DNA from: Octopus vulgaris
Lineage: Eukaryota
Length of the DNA stretch: 64,000 bases
NCBI GenBank assembly: GCA_951406725.2
Contig: OX597825.1
Coordinates: forward strand, 73,780,001 to 73,844,000
Direction of reading: 5' to 3'
Part shown: piece by piece, positions 28,201 to 41,431 of the stretch
How the letters are laid out: each line of letters begins with the position of its first letter
How positions within the stretch are numbered: position 1 is the stretch's first letter
Translations under genes and position numbers: made by a program
The notes under the pieces: generated by a model
Seen by the model: the letters and a program-made list of their open reading frames with translations, nothing else
Database searches by the model: none
What the model was told of the DNA's origin: nothing

Positions 28201-28752
28201 TTGAACTTCAAAGAGAGTATGCGCAAACACACACACATGTCCCCCATCACCCGCTTCCCCTCCCCCAGCACCACACTTACACGCATGCGTGGGTGAGATG
28301 GCTACGAGGAACATCTTTAACTCATGCCTCTCCTCTATCCTCTATCTTCTTTCACGTACATTCTCGCATCACATACGTGTACACCATCACACGCACACAC
28401 ACACACACACACACGAGTAGTAGAGCATTCTCTACATAGAGTGACAATAACGCTTACATGGTTATGAAGAAACAGCTGAGGAATGCCGCCCCCCTCCTCC
28501 CCTACTCCTCCTCCTCCTCCTCTTCCTCCGAACATATCAGACTGATGCTGTAATGTAGACGTGTGAAGAAATTGTAACTATGAACATGAGAGCAATGATC
28601 GCCACATCACTTTAGCTTGGGCGAGTGAGGAATCATTCTACGCGCAAAAACAAACATTAGTTCGACGTTGGTGTTGAAGATGTTCTTGTTGATGTTGTTG
28701 TTGCTGTGGTCGTTGCTGCTGTTGTTTAGCCCAAAGTCAATCCTGGTCAATC

Positions 28753-29352
28753 TTATTTCTTTATTGCTCACAAGGGGTTAAACACAGAGGGGGACAGACA
28801 AGGAGAGAAAAACGGATTAAGTCGATTATATCGACCCCAGTGCGTAACTGGTACTTATTTAATTGACCCCGAAAGGACGAAAAGCAAAGTCGACCTCGGC
28901 GGAATTTGAACTCAGAACGTAGCGGCTGACAAAATTCCTATTTCTTTACTACCCACAAGGGTTAAACACAGAGGAGACGAACAAGGACAGACAAAGGGAT
29001 TAAGTCGATTATATCGACTCCAGTGCGTAGCTGGTACTTATTTAATCGACCCCGAAAGGATGAAAGGCAAAGTCGACCTCGGCGGAATTTGAACTCACAA
29101 CGTAGCGGCAGACGGAATACCTATTTCTTTACTACCCACAGGGGGCTAAACACAGAGAGGACAAACAAGGACAGACGAAGGGATTAAGTCGATTATATCG
29201 ACCCCAGTGCGTAACTGGTACTTATTTAATCGACTCCGAAAGTATGAAAGGCAAAGTCGACCTCGGCGGAATTTGAACTCAGAACGTAGCGGCAGACGAA
29301 ATACCGCAAAGCATTTCGCCCGGCGTGCTAACGTTTCTGCCACCTCGCCGCC
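28753..29352 (-). mobile_element. SINE family B, head-to-tail trimer
   Basis: One full head plus two further ~180-bp units lacking the head. Confidence 0.85.
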
Positions 29353-31268
29353 TCGCCTTGTTTAATATATATTAATCCTTCCTGCTATGAATACAAGCCT
29401 GAAATTCTGGAGGAGGAGGTTAGTCAATTACATCGATTGACCAAGCTGCTTAAGTGGTACTTATTTCATCGACACCGAAAAAGGATGAAAAGCAAAGTCG
29501 ACCTTGGCGGAATTTGAACCCAGAACGTAAACAGCCGAAAGAAATGCTGCCAAGCACTTCTTCCAACGCGCTGACGATTCTACAGGTTCGCTGCCTCATT
29601 TAATATTATATAATTATGTTACCTCAAGTTAGTAGCTGAATTACAATATAGAGGTCACAGTGTCTGACTTCATATGAGATTAAAGGATTATATAAACACA
29701 TGTTCATTCACAGCAAGTTAAGATGTCTGACAGTCGAGATGACGACTTACTGTTGAAATAATAAAACAGACGGCAAGTTAGTAAAGATGAGATTTACTCC
29801 TCTTAAGACGAGGTTGCTGGACATCATTAAATTTTTTTGGTTGAATAGAAATTAGAAATGATAAAGTGTCAAGGAGATAGCTAGCCTACAAAGACTAGTT
29901 AAAGATAGCTCCCTAATTATGTTGGTCAGCAACCTATTTAATGTGGAAACGTTGAATAAGAATTTCAGTACGTTAAATTATTCTTGTTGAGTAAATTTCA
30001 GTACGTTAAATTATTCTTGTTGAGTAAATTAGTTTAAATTAAATGTTAGCTCATTCAGTTAATATGATATAGTTAAGATAGTAGTAATTAAGAGTGATAG
30101 TTACGTAGTAACATGTCCTAATTAAGATGTTAAAACAGTTTATATAAAATAGTTGATGGTTATTAAGATGGTCAGTTAAGTAGCGGTTCCAATTAAGATG
30201 GTCCTAAACAGGAGAAATAGTAAACTTGTCCTAGTTAAGATAGTAGTCAATTAAAATCATATTGAACATAGAAATTCATCTAAAATAGTTAAGACGGAAA
30301 GCTATTCAAGCTAATGTGGGTCCTTACATGAAAACTTGACATAGTGAAAATTGAGGTAAGATGGCAGATTTCTAAAGTGGAAACCAACTTAGTAAAGATA
30401 GTAGTTTAATTAAGATAGTAATAACTTTAGTTAAGCTGATACCTAACTTAGCTACAATAATAAGCTTAATTCAGAAGGTAAATATTTCATTTATGACAGA
30501 AGCTAAACTCGTTAAGACTATTTAGTTAAAAATTTTAGTTAAAATGATACTTAACTTAGTGGAAATAACTTTAATTCGGATGGTGACTATTTTAGTTAAG
30601 ACAGTAATTAACCTAGTTAAGATAGACGTTATGTTTAATTAAGGGGATGTTGCACAAAGATTTGATTAAAATTTAGACAAATAGGGAATGTATAGGAAAC
30701 GATGAATTAGTTTTTGTGCAAATAACCTAGTTAAAATGATAACAAATTTAGTTAAGTTAGCTGCTAGTTTGAATGGTAACAAAATAATTCTAGTTAAGAG
30801 AGAGAGATAGTTGAATGGAAGATTTTTTACTAAAGAGGACGAAGAGTTCTTCAGGGACACATTAACTTAGAAAGCAAAGGCAGCAATTTAAGATGGCACA
30901 CCACTGAAGATGCTGAAGAATTTACTTAGTTAACTTGGTGAGGGGTAGAGGAAGGAATCTGGCAGGAGGAGAACCGCAGAAACTCAAATATCTAGGTAGG
31001 GTGAAAATATGACGAAATCACGTGATCCACATCAAATTAGCTTGGCAATATACGATCTGGTGGCGAGGAAGGTAGAGGTGGAGGTAGAACCAGTGATGAT
31101 GGTGGGGGTGGCGGTCGTTTCACCTTACTTTTTTTTTACTAGGTGAGGCACCGCACACAGGATTATATAGACAATTCACGTTTAATTTAGCTGCTTTGGA
31201 GACCGAGATGCTTTGCAAGGGCACGTTAGCAAATGAAAGAATGGTGCTAAACATGCGTGCGTGCGTAC

Positions 31269-31337
<69 letters not shown>

Positions 31338-31978
31338 CGAAGGCAGTCTGACAAGCAGCCAGGCAATAATAAATTTTTCGTTTTCAATCTGTGTGTAATA
31401 TCGGTGTGCCGTAGCACTTCCGAAATGAAATATATACCTCGAAGCAGGTATGCACACACACACACACATACATACATACATACATACATACATACATACA
31501 TACATACATACATACATACATACATACATACATACATACATACATACATACATACTTACATACATACACACATACATACAAATATACGTGTACATATATA
31601 CATACATACAAATATACATATACATACACACACATATACACGCACACATATATATACATATGTATGTTTATATATATATATGTGTGTGTGTGTATGTGTG
31701 TGTGTTTGTGTGTGTGTATGTACGTACATATACACATTCACGTACTCATAAATAATTATAGTTTCTACTGTTACTTGTTTCACTCATTAGACTGCGGCCA
31801 TGCTGGGGCACAGCCTTGACATATATTCATAGTCTTTTACAAGAACACACACACGCACACACACACACACTCTTTCTCTCACACATACACACACATACAC
31901 ACACACACATATTGCACGTGATTCCATGACCATGCATATGAGTATATAAAGACATTCGTATATTCAATTAAGCACATT

Positions 31979-32387
31979 TACTCTTTTACTCTTTTACTTG
32001 TTTCAGCCATTTGATTGTGGCCATGCTGGAGCACCACCTTTAGTCGAATCAAATCTACCCCAGGACTTATTCTTTGTAAGCCCAGTACTTATTCTATCGG
32101 TTCTCTTTTGCCAAACTGCTAAGTTACAGCGACGTAAACACACCAGCATTGGTTGTCAAGCGATGTTGGGGGGGGGGACAAACACGGACACACAAACATA
32201 TACACACACATACATACAGATATACGACGGGCTTCTTTCAGTTTCCGTCTACCAAATCCACTCACAAGGCTTTGGTCGGCCCGAGGCTATAGTAGAAGAC
32301 ACTTGCCCAAGGTGCCACGTAGTGGGACTGAGCCTGGAACCATGTGGTTCGTAAGCAAGTTACTTACCACACAGCCACTCCTATGCC
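31979..32387 (-). mobile_element. SINE family A
   Basis: Reverse complement of the family A consensus. Confidence 0.85.
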
Positions 32388-32571
32388 TTAATATAATAAT
32401 ATATCAACTATATTCATCTACCTATGTAAACAGGCAGGTATTTAAAAGTAAACTTTCCTATAAAGTATCTTGATAATATTTATCAGTCTGTCTTTCTGTC
32501 TGTCTCTATGTATGTGTGTGTATGTGCGTATGAGCCTATTTACTAATCACGTAGTAAATAAATTATAGCTG

Positions 32572-32920
32572 GTGTGAAGGCGCATGGCTCAGTGGTTAGA
32601 GCGTCGGGATCACAATCATGAAGTAATGAGTTCGATTCCTGGACCGGGCTGTGTGGCGTTTTCTTGAGCAAGACACTTTTTCACATTGCTCTTGTTCACT
32701 CAACTGCAGAAATAAACTGTGACGTCACTGGTACCAAGCTGTATCATGGCCTTTGCCTTTCCATTGGCTAACATCAGTGGTGTGGAGAGGGGAGACTGGT
32801 ATGCATGGGTGACTTCTGGTCTTCCATAAATAACCTTGCCCGGTCTTATGCCTCGGAGGGGGAATTTTCTAGGAGCAATCCCATGGTCATTCATGACCGA
32901 AGGCGGTCTTTTCCCCTTTA
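32572..32920 (+). mobile_element. tRNA-derived SINE family D
   Basis: A-box tggctcagtggttagagc, B-box gagttcgattcc, cttgagcaagacact block; related minus copy at ~3310-3560. Confidence 0.75.
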
Positions 32921-33431
32921 CTATATAATTATTAGATAAAATGTATTGACGTCTTTTGAGGCATAGTCGTGTGACAAGACGGTTAGGGCGTGGTGGTGAA
33001 CCCTGCTGTACTCTTTCACCACAACTTTCTCTCACTCTTTCTTCCTGTTTCTGTTGTACCTGTATTTCAAAGGGCCAGCCTTGTGTCACGCTGAATATCC
33101 CCGAGAACTACGTTAAGGGTGCACGTGTCTGTGGAATGCTCAGCCACTTGCACGTTAATTTCACGAGCAGGCTGTTCCGTTGATTCGGATCAACCGGAAC
33201 CCTCATCGTCGTAACCGACGGAGTGCTTCCAGTCCAGTCCACTTCCCAACTACATGGTTCCGAGTCCCACAGCTTGTCATCTTGTGTTTTCTACTACAGC
33301 CCCGTGTCGATCAATGCCTCGTGAGTGGATTTGGTAGAAGGAAACTGAAATGAGCCTGACATTTATATGTATGTATGCTTCTTTGTGCCCCCACTTTTTG
33401 ACAACTGGTGTTGTTTTGTTTGTCATCTTAA

Positions 33432-33932
33432 CCCCATTGTCTGCCATGAGCCCCGTTTGGGGATCTGTTAAAAACTAGTCTCACTGCTGGTTGTTCGTTG
33501 TATTTAAAGTAAATTGCTCATGCACATCGCATTTGCAGAGGTGTGTTTAACAATATTTAATAGTTAAAGTTTGTCATTATTAGCTCTGGTTAATTGTAAA
33601 GGACATTTTATGTCATAAATCGCAATGTTTGAACTACAAAAATATTGACTGTTTTGAAAACGTTTTCTTTTTTCTTTACATTTCCCATCTATATCAACAT
33701 TCATTAATATTTCATACACCTCCACATTTGTTACTATAGTTTAAAAAAAAAAAACTGAAATGTTTATTATTGCAATTGAATAGAAATGGATAAATAGACT
33801 TTTCGAAAATTTTTTCATAATTTCCAAAATAATTCACATATGAAGAAAATTCAAATACTAAATATCATTTTTACTCCTAAGACATATGGCAAAGTAAAAA
33901 AATGTGAATTAAAAAATTTGGCAGTTAATGGG
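33432..33932. mobile_element. piggyBac-type MITE
   Basis: TTAA on both sides (33428-33431, 33933-33936); imperfect TIRs cccattgtctgcca / tggcagttaatggg; interrupts a family A SINE. Confidence 0.75.
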
Positions 33933-33971
33933 TTAACATAGTGGTTCAGTATAAGAGACCGATTGAATACT

Positions 33972-34378
33972 ATTTACTCTTTTACTTGTTTCAGTCATTT
34001 GACTGCGGCCATGCTGGAGCACCGCCTTTAGTCGAATCAAATCGACTCCAGGACTTATTCTTTGTAAGCCTAATACTTATTCTATCGGTTTCTTTTGCCG
34101 GACCGCTAAGTTACGGGGACGTAAACACACCAGCATCGGTTGTCAAGTAATGCTGGGGGGACAAACACAGACACACAAACATATACACACACACATACAT
34201 ACATATATACATATATACGAAACGTTTCTTTCAGTTTCCGTCTACCAAATCCACTCACAAGGCTTTGGTCGGCCCGAGGCTATGGTAGGCTCTTGCCCAA
34301 GGTGTCTCGCAGTAGGACCGAACCCGGAACCATGTGGTTGGTAAGCAAGCTTCTTACCAAACAGCCACTCCTGCGCCT
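33972..34378 (-). mobile_element. SINE family A nested in an older plus-strand family A copy (~33245-34490)
   Basis: Reverse-complement copy; pieces of the older copy lie on both sides. Confidence 0.8.
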
Positions 34379-34868
34379 ATGTAACAATCTTTTAAAAACT
34401 AAGTACTAGGGTCGATTTATTCGACCAAAATCACTTTCAATCGGTGCTCCAGCATGGTCGTAGTCCTTTGACTGGAACAGACAAAAGATATTTGTATTTC
34501 TTTTTCATAGAGAAAGATTTAACTCTATTAAACCAACTCCAGAATATTTCTGGTCGCTTACAGTCATTCACACAGCGTGGCTTCCATATTTTTATCGCAG
34601 GAACACTAAGTGAATGAATGAATGAAAAAAGGTTAATGAGTGGATCTCTAAGTGATGGATAATCGGCTAGAAATAACAGTCATATATCCCTCAAATCACA
34701 ATCTGCAGTTTTAAAACAGCAAGAATGCACCAGGAAAATGCTTTCACAGGTGCACCATGTTTGGAAACTGGATGGTCACTGCTAGAACGTCTTTGGCCAT
34801 CTGTTTGCTTGGTAAGAGCTGACTTGAGCTAAACAATAGCATCCTCCTCCTCCTCCTCCTCCTCCTCC

Positions 34869-34913
<45 letters not shown>

Positions 34914-35334
34914 ACAACAACAACAACAACCACAACAACAACGACGACAACAGCAACGATAGGAATGACAGATTGGATAATGCAGTCCTAAAGAAATATC
35001 TGAAGAAAAGACGATAGGGTCAATGTTGGAGCGTCTTTGATCAAATCTTGCCGACTTTTGACATTGTCTTGTTGCTATTGCTTTCGCATACTTATTGTCA
35101 AAGTTATTCAATCTTGAACCATGCTGTCTTTGTTTTTTTTTTTTTTTAAACATAGTGTATCTGGGACTACGTTGCTGAATGTGTCTTTCTGTGTTTTTTT
35201 AAACGGCAAGGTGATACTAAGTGACATTTGGTTGCTATTTGTAGCAACGTCGAGTGATGGCTAAGAGGCTACATCGTTGAGTTTAACTATAGAGAACGAG
35301 AGTTATGGACAACAACAGATGTTAGGCCAAATGG

Positions 35335-36390
35335 CCTCTGGGGGTCCATATAAGATTTTTTGGGGGTCCGTGCTACAAAATAATAAATTGGAGATCCACA
35401 ATAGCATTTCAAGGGCCCCTGCAAAACTTTGCTTCAGATGTATGTATTGGTATGTATTGCAAGAAACAACTAAATTGCTTTCTCTAATATTTTACATGTG
35501 GAGGTGCAATGGCCCAGTGGTTAGGGCAGCGGACTCGCGATCGGAGGATCGCGGTTTCGATTCTCAGACCGGGTGTTGTGTGTGTTTATTGAGCGAAAAT
35601 ACCTAAAGCTCCACGAGGCTCCGGCAGGGGGTGGTGGTGACCCCTATTGTACTCTTTTACCCCAACTTTCTCTCACTCTTTCTTCCTGTTTCTTGAGTAA
35701 CGCTGCGATGGATTGGCGTCCCGTTCAGCTGGGGGGGGAACAAATACACCACAGAAACCGGGAAACCGGGCCCATGAGGCTGGCTAGACTTGAAAAGGGC
35801 GCATAAATAAATAAATAAAATATTTTACATAGTTCAACCTATGTTAATGTGTGAAAAACTAAACATGGACTTTGAAAGAAGTTTCTATAAAACTAGTTTT
35901 TAAATATCGAATGTGGCCATTGGGTGTCCACTTGAACAAAACTGTAATCAAAGATCTCCACAGATGAAAAGAAATGGTTGAGAAACCCTATGGCTGCGAG
36001 ATGCCACATGTCAGATTAAAAATGTTAGATGACAGGTGGGAAATGCCAGACAAAATATGCCAGATATTGAATTACAGGCGACAGATGTCAGGCAACAGAT
36101 GCCATATAAGAGAACCATGTGAATGTCGTCAGTTACGGAAGGTGACAGGTACCAAAGAAACATGTTGGTGTACGGCAGGGGTTCTCAACCGTTTTTCTGA
36201 TTACTCTTTTATTCTGGTGGACCCCAGTAGCCATTTGATATTCAAAAACTAATTTTATAGAAATTTCTTTCAAAATTCCCGTTTTGCTTTTTACACATTA
36301 CCTTAAGTATGTTGAACTATGTAAAATATTAGAGAAAGAAATCAAGCAGTTTCTTGCAATACATGCCAATACATGCATCTAAAGCAGGGG
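35335..36390. mobile_element. Two inverted copies of a hAT (Charlie/MER5-like) element
   Basis: caggggttctcaacc at 36177 and its reverse complement ggttgagaaacccta at ~35976-35990; bodies 35430-35990 and 36177-36390 are roughly reverse complementary. Confidence 0.6.
35498..35818 (+). mobile_element. SINE family C, alternative 3' tail, inserted in a hAT-like element
   Basis: 12-bp TSD aatattttacat (35486-35497 and 35819-35830); (taaa)n tail. Confidence 0.9.
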
Positions 36391-36568
36391 TTATTTATTA
36401 TAAATAAAAGAGAATAACTCTCCCCAAGCACAATAATATAAATATATATACATACGCCAGAACTTAGACATTTGAGAATAGCCCCAATGTAATCGGTAGA
36501 ACTATGCACATATCTAATTTTATAAGGACAACAAGTGTATAGTTCTACAAATTATATTGAATTGGAAC

Positions 36569-36619
36569 GATCGTACTGAAGAAGTAATTATCGGTAATAG
36601 ACGAAACCGGTCTACGATT
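36569..36619 (+). ncRNA. Type I hammerhead ribozyme (Penelope/retrozyme type)
   Basis: GAUCGUA-CUGAAGA-A-GU(aauuaucgguaauag)AC-GAAA-CCGG-UC-UACGAUU: 7-bp stem I, intact core, palindromic ACCGGU stem III, GUC site at 36610-36612. Confidence 0.8.
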
Positions 36620-37349
36620 AATTCTGGATTTTCATATATTTTCATCTGTCTTACCCGCTTGTGTTCTGGTGTTTGCTGAGTTTCTCTAGAGAACATTCTT
36701 TTCTTTGTAGTTAGATCGTATGTGATCTTCTAGCATACTGGATAACCACTAGGTGGATATCTCTAAATATACGCATATATATATATATATATATATATAT
36801 AAGTATTGCTTTATGCTTTCATCACTAAGGCTGTGGCCATGATGGAGCGCACGCACACACACACATAAACACACATGATTTTGTATTTGGTTTGCAAGAC
36901 TGTTGATGTGAATTCGTGTGTTGACACAAATCTTGTTGTACATACATACATACATACATACATACATACATACATACATACGTATATATATACATACATA
37001 CATGCTTACACACACACACAAACACATATATATATATATATACACATATATATTATTATATTATATCTATCTATTTCGAAGATGTTGTAGATGAGTTGGA
37101 GAGACGGTTCCTCTTTCATAATTAAGTCATGTTCATTTATGATTCGCGATGAACCATTGTTAGTCATCCTAACTGCTGTTTTTTTTTTTTTTTTTTGAGT
37201 GGGGGTTAAAATCAGTGTAAATTGAAAAGGAATTGCTTGACACCGGATCAGTCAGAACTAACCACAACTGCACATCGTTTGGAACCGACAAACTAGAGAC
37301 CAGCAAGTAGCAAGCATATGTCAATCAACCAAAATTAGTGAAGGTGAGA

Positions 37350-38035
37350 GTGACGAGCTGGTAGAATTGTTAGCACACCGGGCGAAAGCTTTGTGGTATT
37401 TCGTCCGCCGCTGCGTTCTGAGTTCAAATTCCGCCGAGGTCGACTTTGCCTTTCTTTCATCCTTTCGCGGTCGATAAATTAAGTACCTATTTCTTTATTA
37501 CCCACAAGGGGCTAAACACAGAGGGGACAAACAAGGACAGACATAGGTATTAAGTCGATTACATCGACCCCAGTGCGTAACTGGTACTTAATTTATCGAC
37601 CCCGAAAGGATGAAAGGCAAAGTCGACCTCGGCGGAATTTGAACTCACAACGTAACGCAGACGAAATACCGCTAAGCATTTCGCCCGGCGTGCTAACGTT
37701 TCTGCCAGCTCGCCATAAATTAAGTACCAGTTACGCCCTGGGGTCGATGTAATCGACTTAATCCGTTTGTCCTCTCTATGTTTGTCCCCCTCTATGTTTA
37801 GGCCCCTTGTGGGCAATAAAAGAAATAAGAATCGTTAGCACGCCAAGCAAAAAGCTTAGCGACATTTCGTCTGTTTTTGCGTTCTGAGTTCAAATTCCGC
37901 TGTGGCCGACTTTACCTTTCAGCCCTTTCGTGGGGGTCGATAAAATAAATACCTGTTCAGCTCTGGAACGACGATGTAATCGACTTACCTACGCCTCTGA
38001 ATTTACCTGCCTTGTGCCAATATTTTAAAACCAAT
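37350..38035. mobile_element. SINE family B cluster; minus copy 37488-37714 inserted into a plus copy
   Basis: 14-bp target-site duplication ataaattaagtacc at 37474-37487 and 37715-37728. Confidence 0.85.
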
Positions 38036-38384
38036 ATTAGCAATGGTGACGCACTGGTAAGTATTTTGAAATCTTTAACTCGGCATTGATTAGGCGGAAC
38101 CTTCGCTTGTCATGTGCAATTAAGAACACATACGTGCGTAGACATGTAAAAAGGTTTAGCTACAGGTAAACAAAGGAAATATTGGCCCTCGTCTTAGCTG
38201 CAAGTCATCTTCAGTTTTACCTGTTTATTGCTGGTCTGGTTGTTATGGGTGTTGTATTTGTTTTTCTTCTTTTGTTTTGCTGATTTGTGTATTGTTGTTG
38301 TCAGTGGTAATGGTGAGTGGTTTGCGTGGATATATCAATAATATGTATGTATGTATGCATATATGTTTGTATATATTTCTACAC

Positions 38385-38426
<42 letters not shown>

Positions 38427-38427
<1 letters not shown>

Positions 38428-38730
38428 TAACAGTATCGCCCGGCGTTGCTCGGGTTTGTAACGGAAATAACTATATAGGCATTTTTAGAGAGTTACTTCC
38501 CTTATATAATAGCGAAAAAAATGCATTAAAAATGGGAAAAAAATTATGGTAATTTTTTTTTAAATCGTAGACTCATCGTAGACGCGCGCTAATAGCCAGA
38601 AGGGCTCGATATGAATCACGACTATAAGATACCCGCTTTTGGTTAAACTGCACCGCAAAATGTGGGAGCAGTTAGGAATCTAAATCGTAGGAGACAGACA
38701 CTCACACAACTTCAGTTTTATATATAAAGA
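38427..38730 (-). mobile_element. Non-autonomous Helitron-like element
   Basis: A|TCtttatatataaaactgaagttg... start; hairpin plus TTAG|T end; inserted between A and T with no TSD. Confidence 0.8.
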
Positions 38731-38822
38731 TATATATATATAATATATAAACACTTTTCATGCATGTGAACATACCTACATACATACGTGTGGGATGCAT
38801 GTGTATGCGAGTATGTGTGTGC

Positions 38823-38878
<56 letters not shown>

Positions 38879-38890
38879 CTGTGTGTCTGT

Positions 38891-38936
38891 GTGTTGTTTC
38901 CGAAGAAGAGTTATGCTCGAAACGTAAAACAAACAC
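38891..38936 (+). ncRNA. Minimal type I hammerhead-like motif, U4C core variant
   Basis: GUGUUGUUU-CCGAAGA-A-GAGU(UAU)GCUC-GAAA-CG-UA-AAACAAACAC: stems I and II present, ACGU palindromic stem III, core differs at position 4. Confidence 0.55.
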
Positions 38937-39165
38937 TCTTTCCTTCATGGAGCGTCCTATTAATGCTTTGCATGTACTACGTCCATGCTACATCTGTTTT
39001 TTTCCGTTTTTAATCAATCATATATACAGATATATATACATATATATATATATGTATATATATATACATATATATTTATACGTATACGTATATGTGCATA
39101 TATATGTATATATATATATATATATGTGTGTGCATATATATGTACATATATAGATATATACATAT

Positions 39166-39229
<64 letters not shown>

Positions 39230-39679
39230 GTGTGTGAATATATATATATATATGTGCATATAGATATAGATATATATACTTTTCATGTATTTGTTTTGCA
39301 AGGCACTTGATGTGAAATCGTGTGTTGAAACTGATATTGTTACACTTGAGGATGGTCATATTTCGCCACTCAAACACACGCACTGTTTATTTGGGTCTTC
39401 ACTTCAGCTTTACTCTAATCATTTTTAGTTCCTTTGTCGAAGCTCTTCCGTCACACACCCCGTGACCTCTTCAGTGACTCTCTGTTCCACGTGTCTCCTT
39501 TTCTTCTAGAACAAGAGGAGATATACCTGTACGCACACACACAAACACTCACACATAGTATATGTATCTATATTATTATAAACGCATATGTACATAATAT
39601 ATCTCTATATACACAAATACACACACACATGAACAAACCGATATATGTATACATTTATACACACACACACAGATGTATA

Positions 39680-39905
39680 CAGTTATCCCTCGCCATATCG
39701 AGGATCACTTATCACGGTTCACTTATCGCGGTTTATTATTTAAGCTTATGTCGATTCCGCTGTTGTTTTGCATTTATCATTAAATAAATATATACAAATT
39801 ATAAAAATGATTAAAAAAATATACAGGAGTGTTTCTACTTCGCGGTCTTTCACCTATCGCGAGGTGTTTTGAAACGAAACACCTGGGATAGTCGAAAGAT
39901 TACAA
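39680..39905. mobile_element. Degenerate pogo/Tigger-like MITE
   Basis: TA|cagttatccctcgccatatcg start with internal tatcgcgg motifs; degenerate right TIR gatagtcgaaagattac followed by TA. Confidence 0.5.
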
Positions 39906-39971
39906 TACACACACACACACCTACACATGTAACTGAGTACTTTTGGTAGACGGAAACTGAAAGAAGCCCGT

Positions 39972-40012
<41 letters not shown>

Positions 40013-40035
40013 TTCCTCGTTCAGAGATTTATTAT

Positions 40036-40082
<47 letters not shown>

Positions 40083-40728
40083 TATGTAAATCGGTGTTGG
40101 TGTGTTTACGTCCTCGAATCATAGTGGTTTGGCAAAAGAGAACGATAAGCCAAGTACTAAGCTTAAGAAATAAGCCCTAGGATCGGTTTCTTCGACTAAA
40201 AAAAAAGTTTAAAAAAAACCATTCTCGGGCTGTGTACTCCAGCATGGCCGCAGTCAATTGACTGAAACAAATAAACGAGTAAAAGAATAATACACCCTGA
40301 TTTTTGTTCTGCAGAACTGGAAGCAACAATGATGACGCCGACAACGATGACGCCGACAACGACGAAAAGACGATGGCGTCTGGCGACGACAACGATTGCG
40401 GCGGCGTTGACGACACGGAACTCGGACAGGAATCTCTCTGCAATCAACCCGCTGGCTAGAAATAGCAATGCCATACTGGATAGTGTTTATAGCTATACAA
40501 ATATCAGTGTTTCGAGTGACATTTCGTTGCTATTTCTAGCAGCTCGGGTGATTTCCAAGCGGCCTCTCCTTTCGTTGCTATTTCTAGCAGCTCGAGTGAG
40601 TGGTTACCCATCTCTTCGTTGCTATTTCTAGCAGCTCAAGTGATTACCTAGCGGCCTCTCCCTTGTGTTTCGGCGGCGTTGTTACTTTCTGTGTGTGTAT
40701 GTGTGTATGTGCATGTGTATGTGTATAT

Positions 40729-40765
<37 letters not shown>

Positions 40766-40883
40766 TGTATGTATGCATGCATGAATATATGTATGTACAC
40801 ATGTATGTATTTATGTATGCATATGTTTATGTATATATTATCATAAATTCAATTATATATAGAACAGGCTCTCGCACACAGAA

Positions 40884-40999
<116 letters not shown>

Positions 41000-41113
41000 G
41001 TGTCTATCTATCTATCTCCCTCTCTCAATCTATCTATCAACTTGTCGTCTGCCTGTTTATCTATCGATCAGTCTATCTGTCTGTCTGTCTGTCTTTCTGT
41101 CTTTTTATCTGTG

Positions 41114-41185
<72 letters not shown>

Positions 41186-41398
41186 CCTGTCTGTCTGTCT
41201 GTCCGTCCGTCCGTCAGTCTATCTACCTATCTATCTATCTATCTATCTATCTGTCTATCTATAACGTTGTGCGTTTGTCAATATTTATATGTATGTTTTA
41301 TATATGTTTATTGCTTCTGTTTATGAGAGCTTCTGCACGTGTCCGCTTGTATACTGTCCCTGTCTCTGTTTCTGTTTCTGTCTGTCTGTCTGACACTG

Positions 41399-41431
<33 letters not shown>

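Noticed and set aside
32572-32650. tRNA genes at SINE heads (also 19209, 35498, 59213)
   Set aside because: A and B boxes are present but there is no proper acceptor stem, and they continue into SINE bodies.
39425-39482. Minus-strand CTGAAGA-GGTCAC...GTGAC-GGAAG motif
   Set aside because: GAAA box altered and no stem I complement; at best a remnant. Similar partial remnants at ~1300-1352, ~4725-4765, ~20115-20150, ~27440-27470 and ~51825-51870 were also not called.
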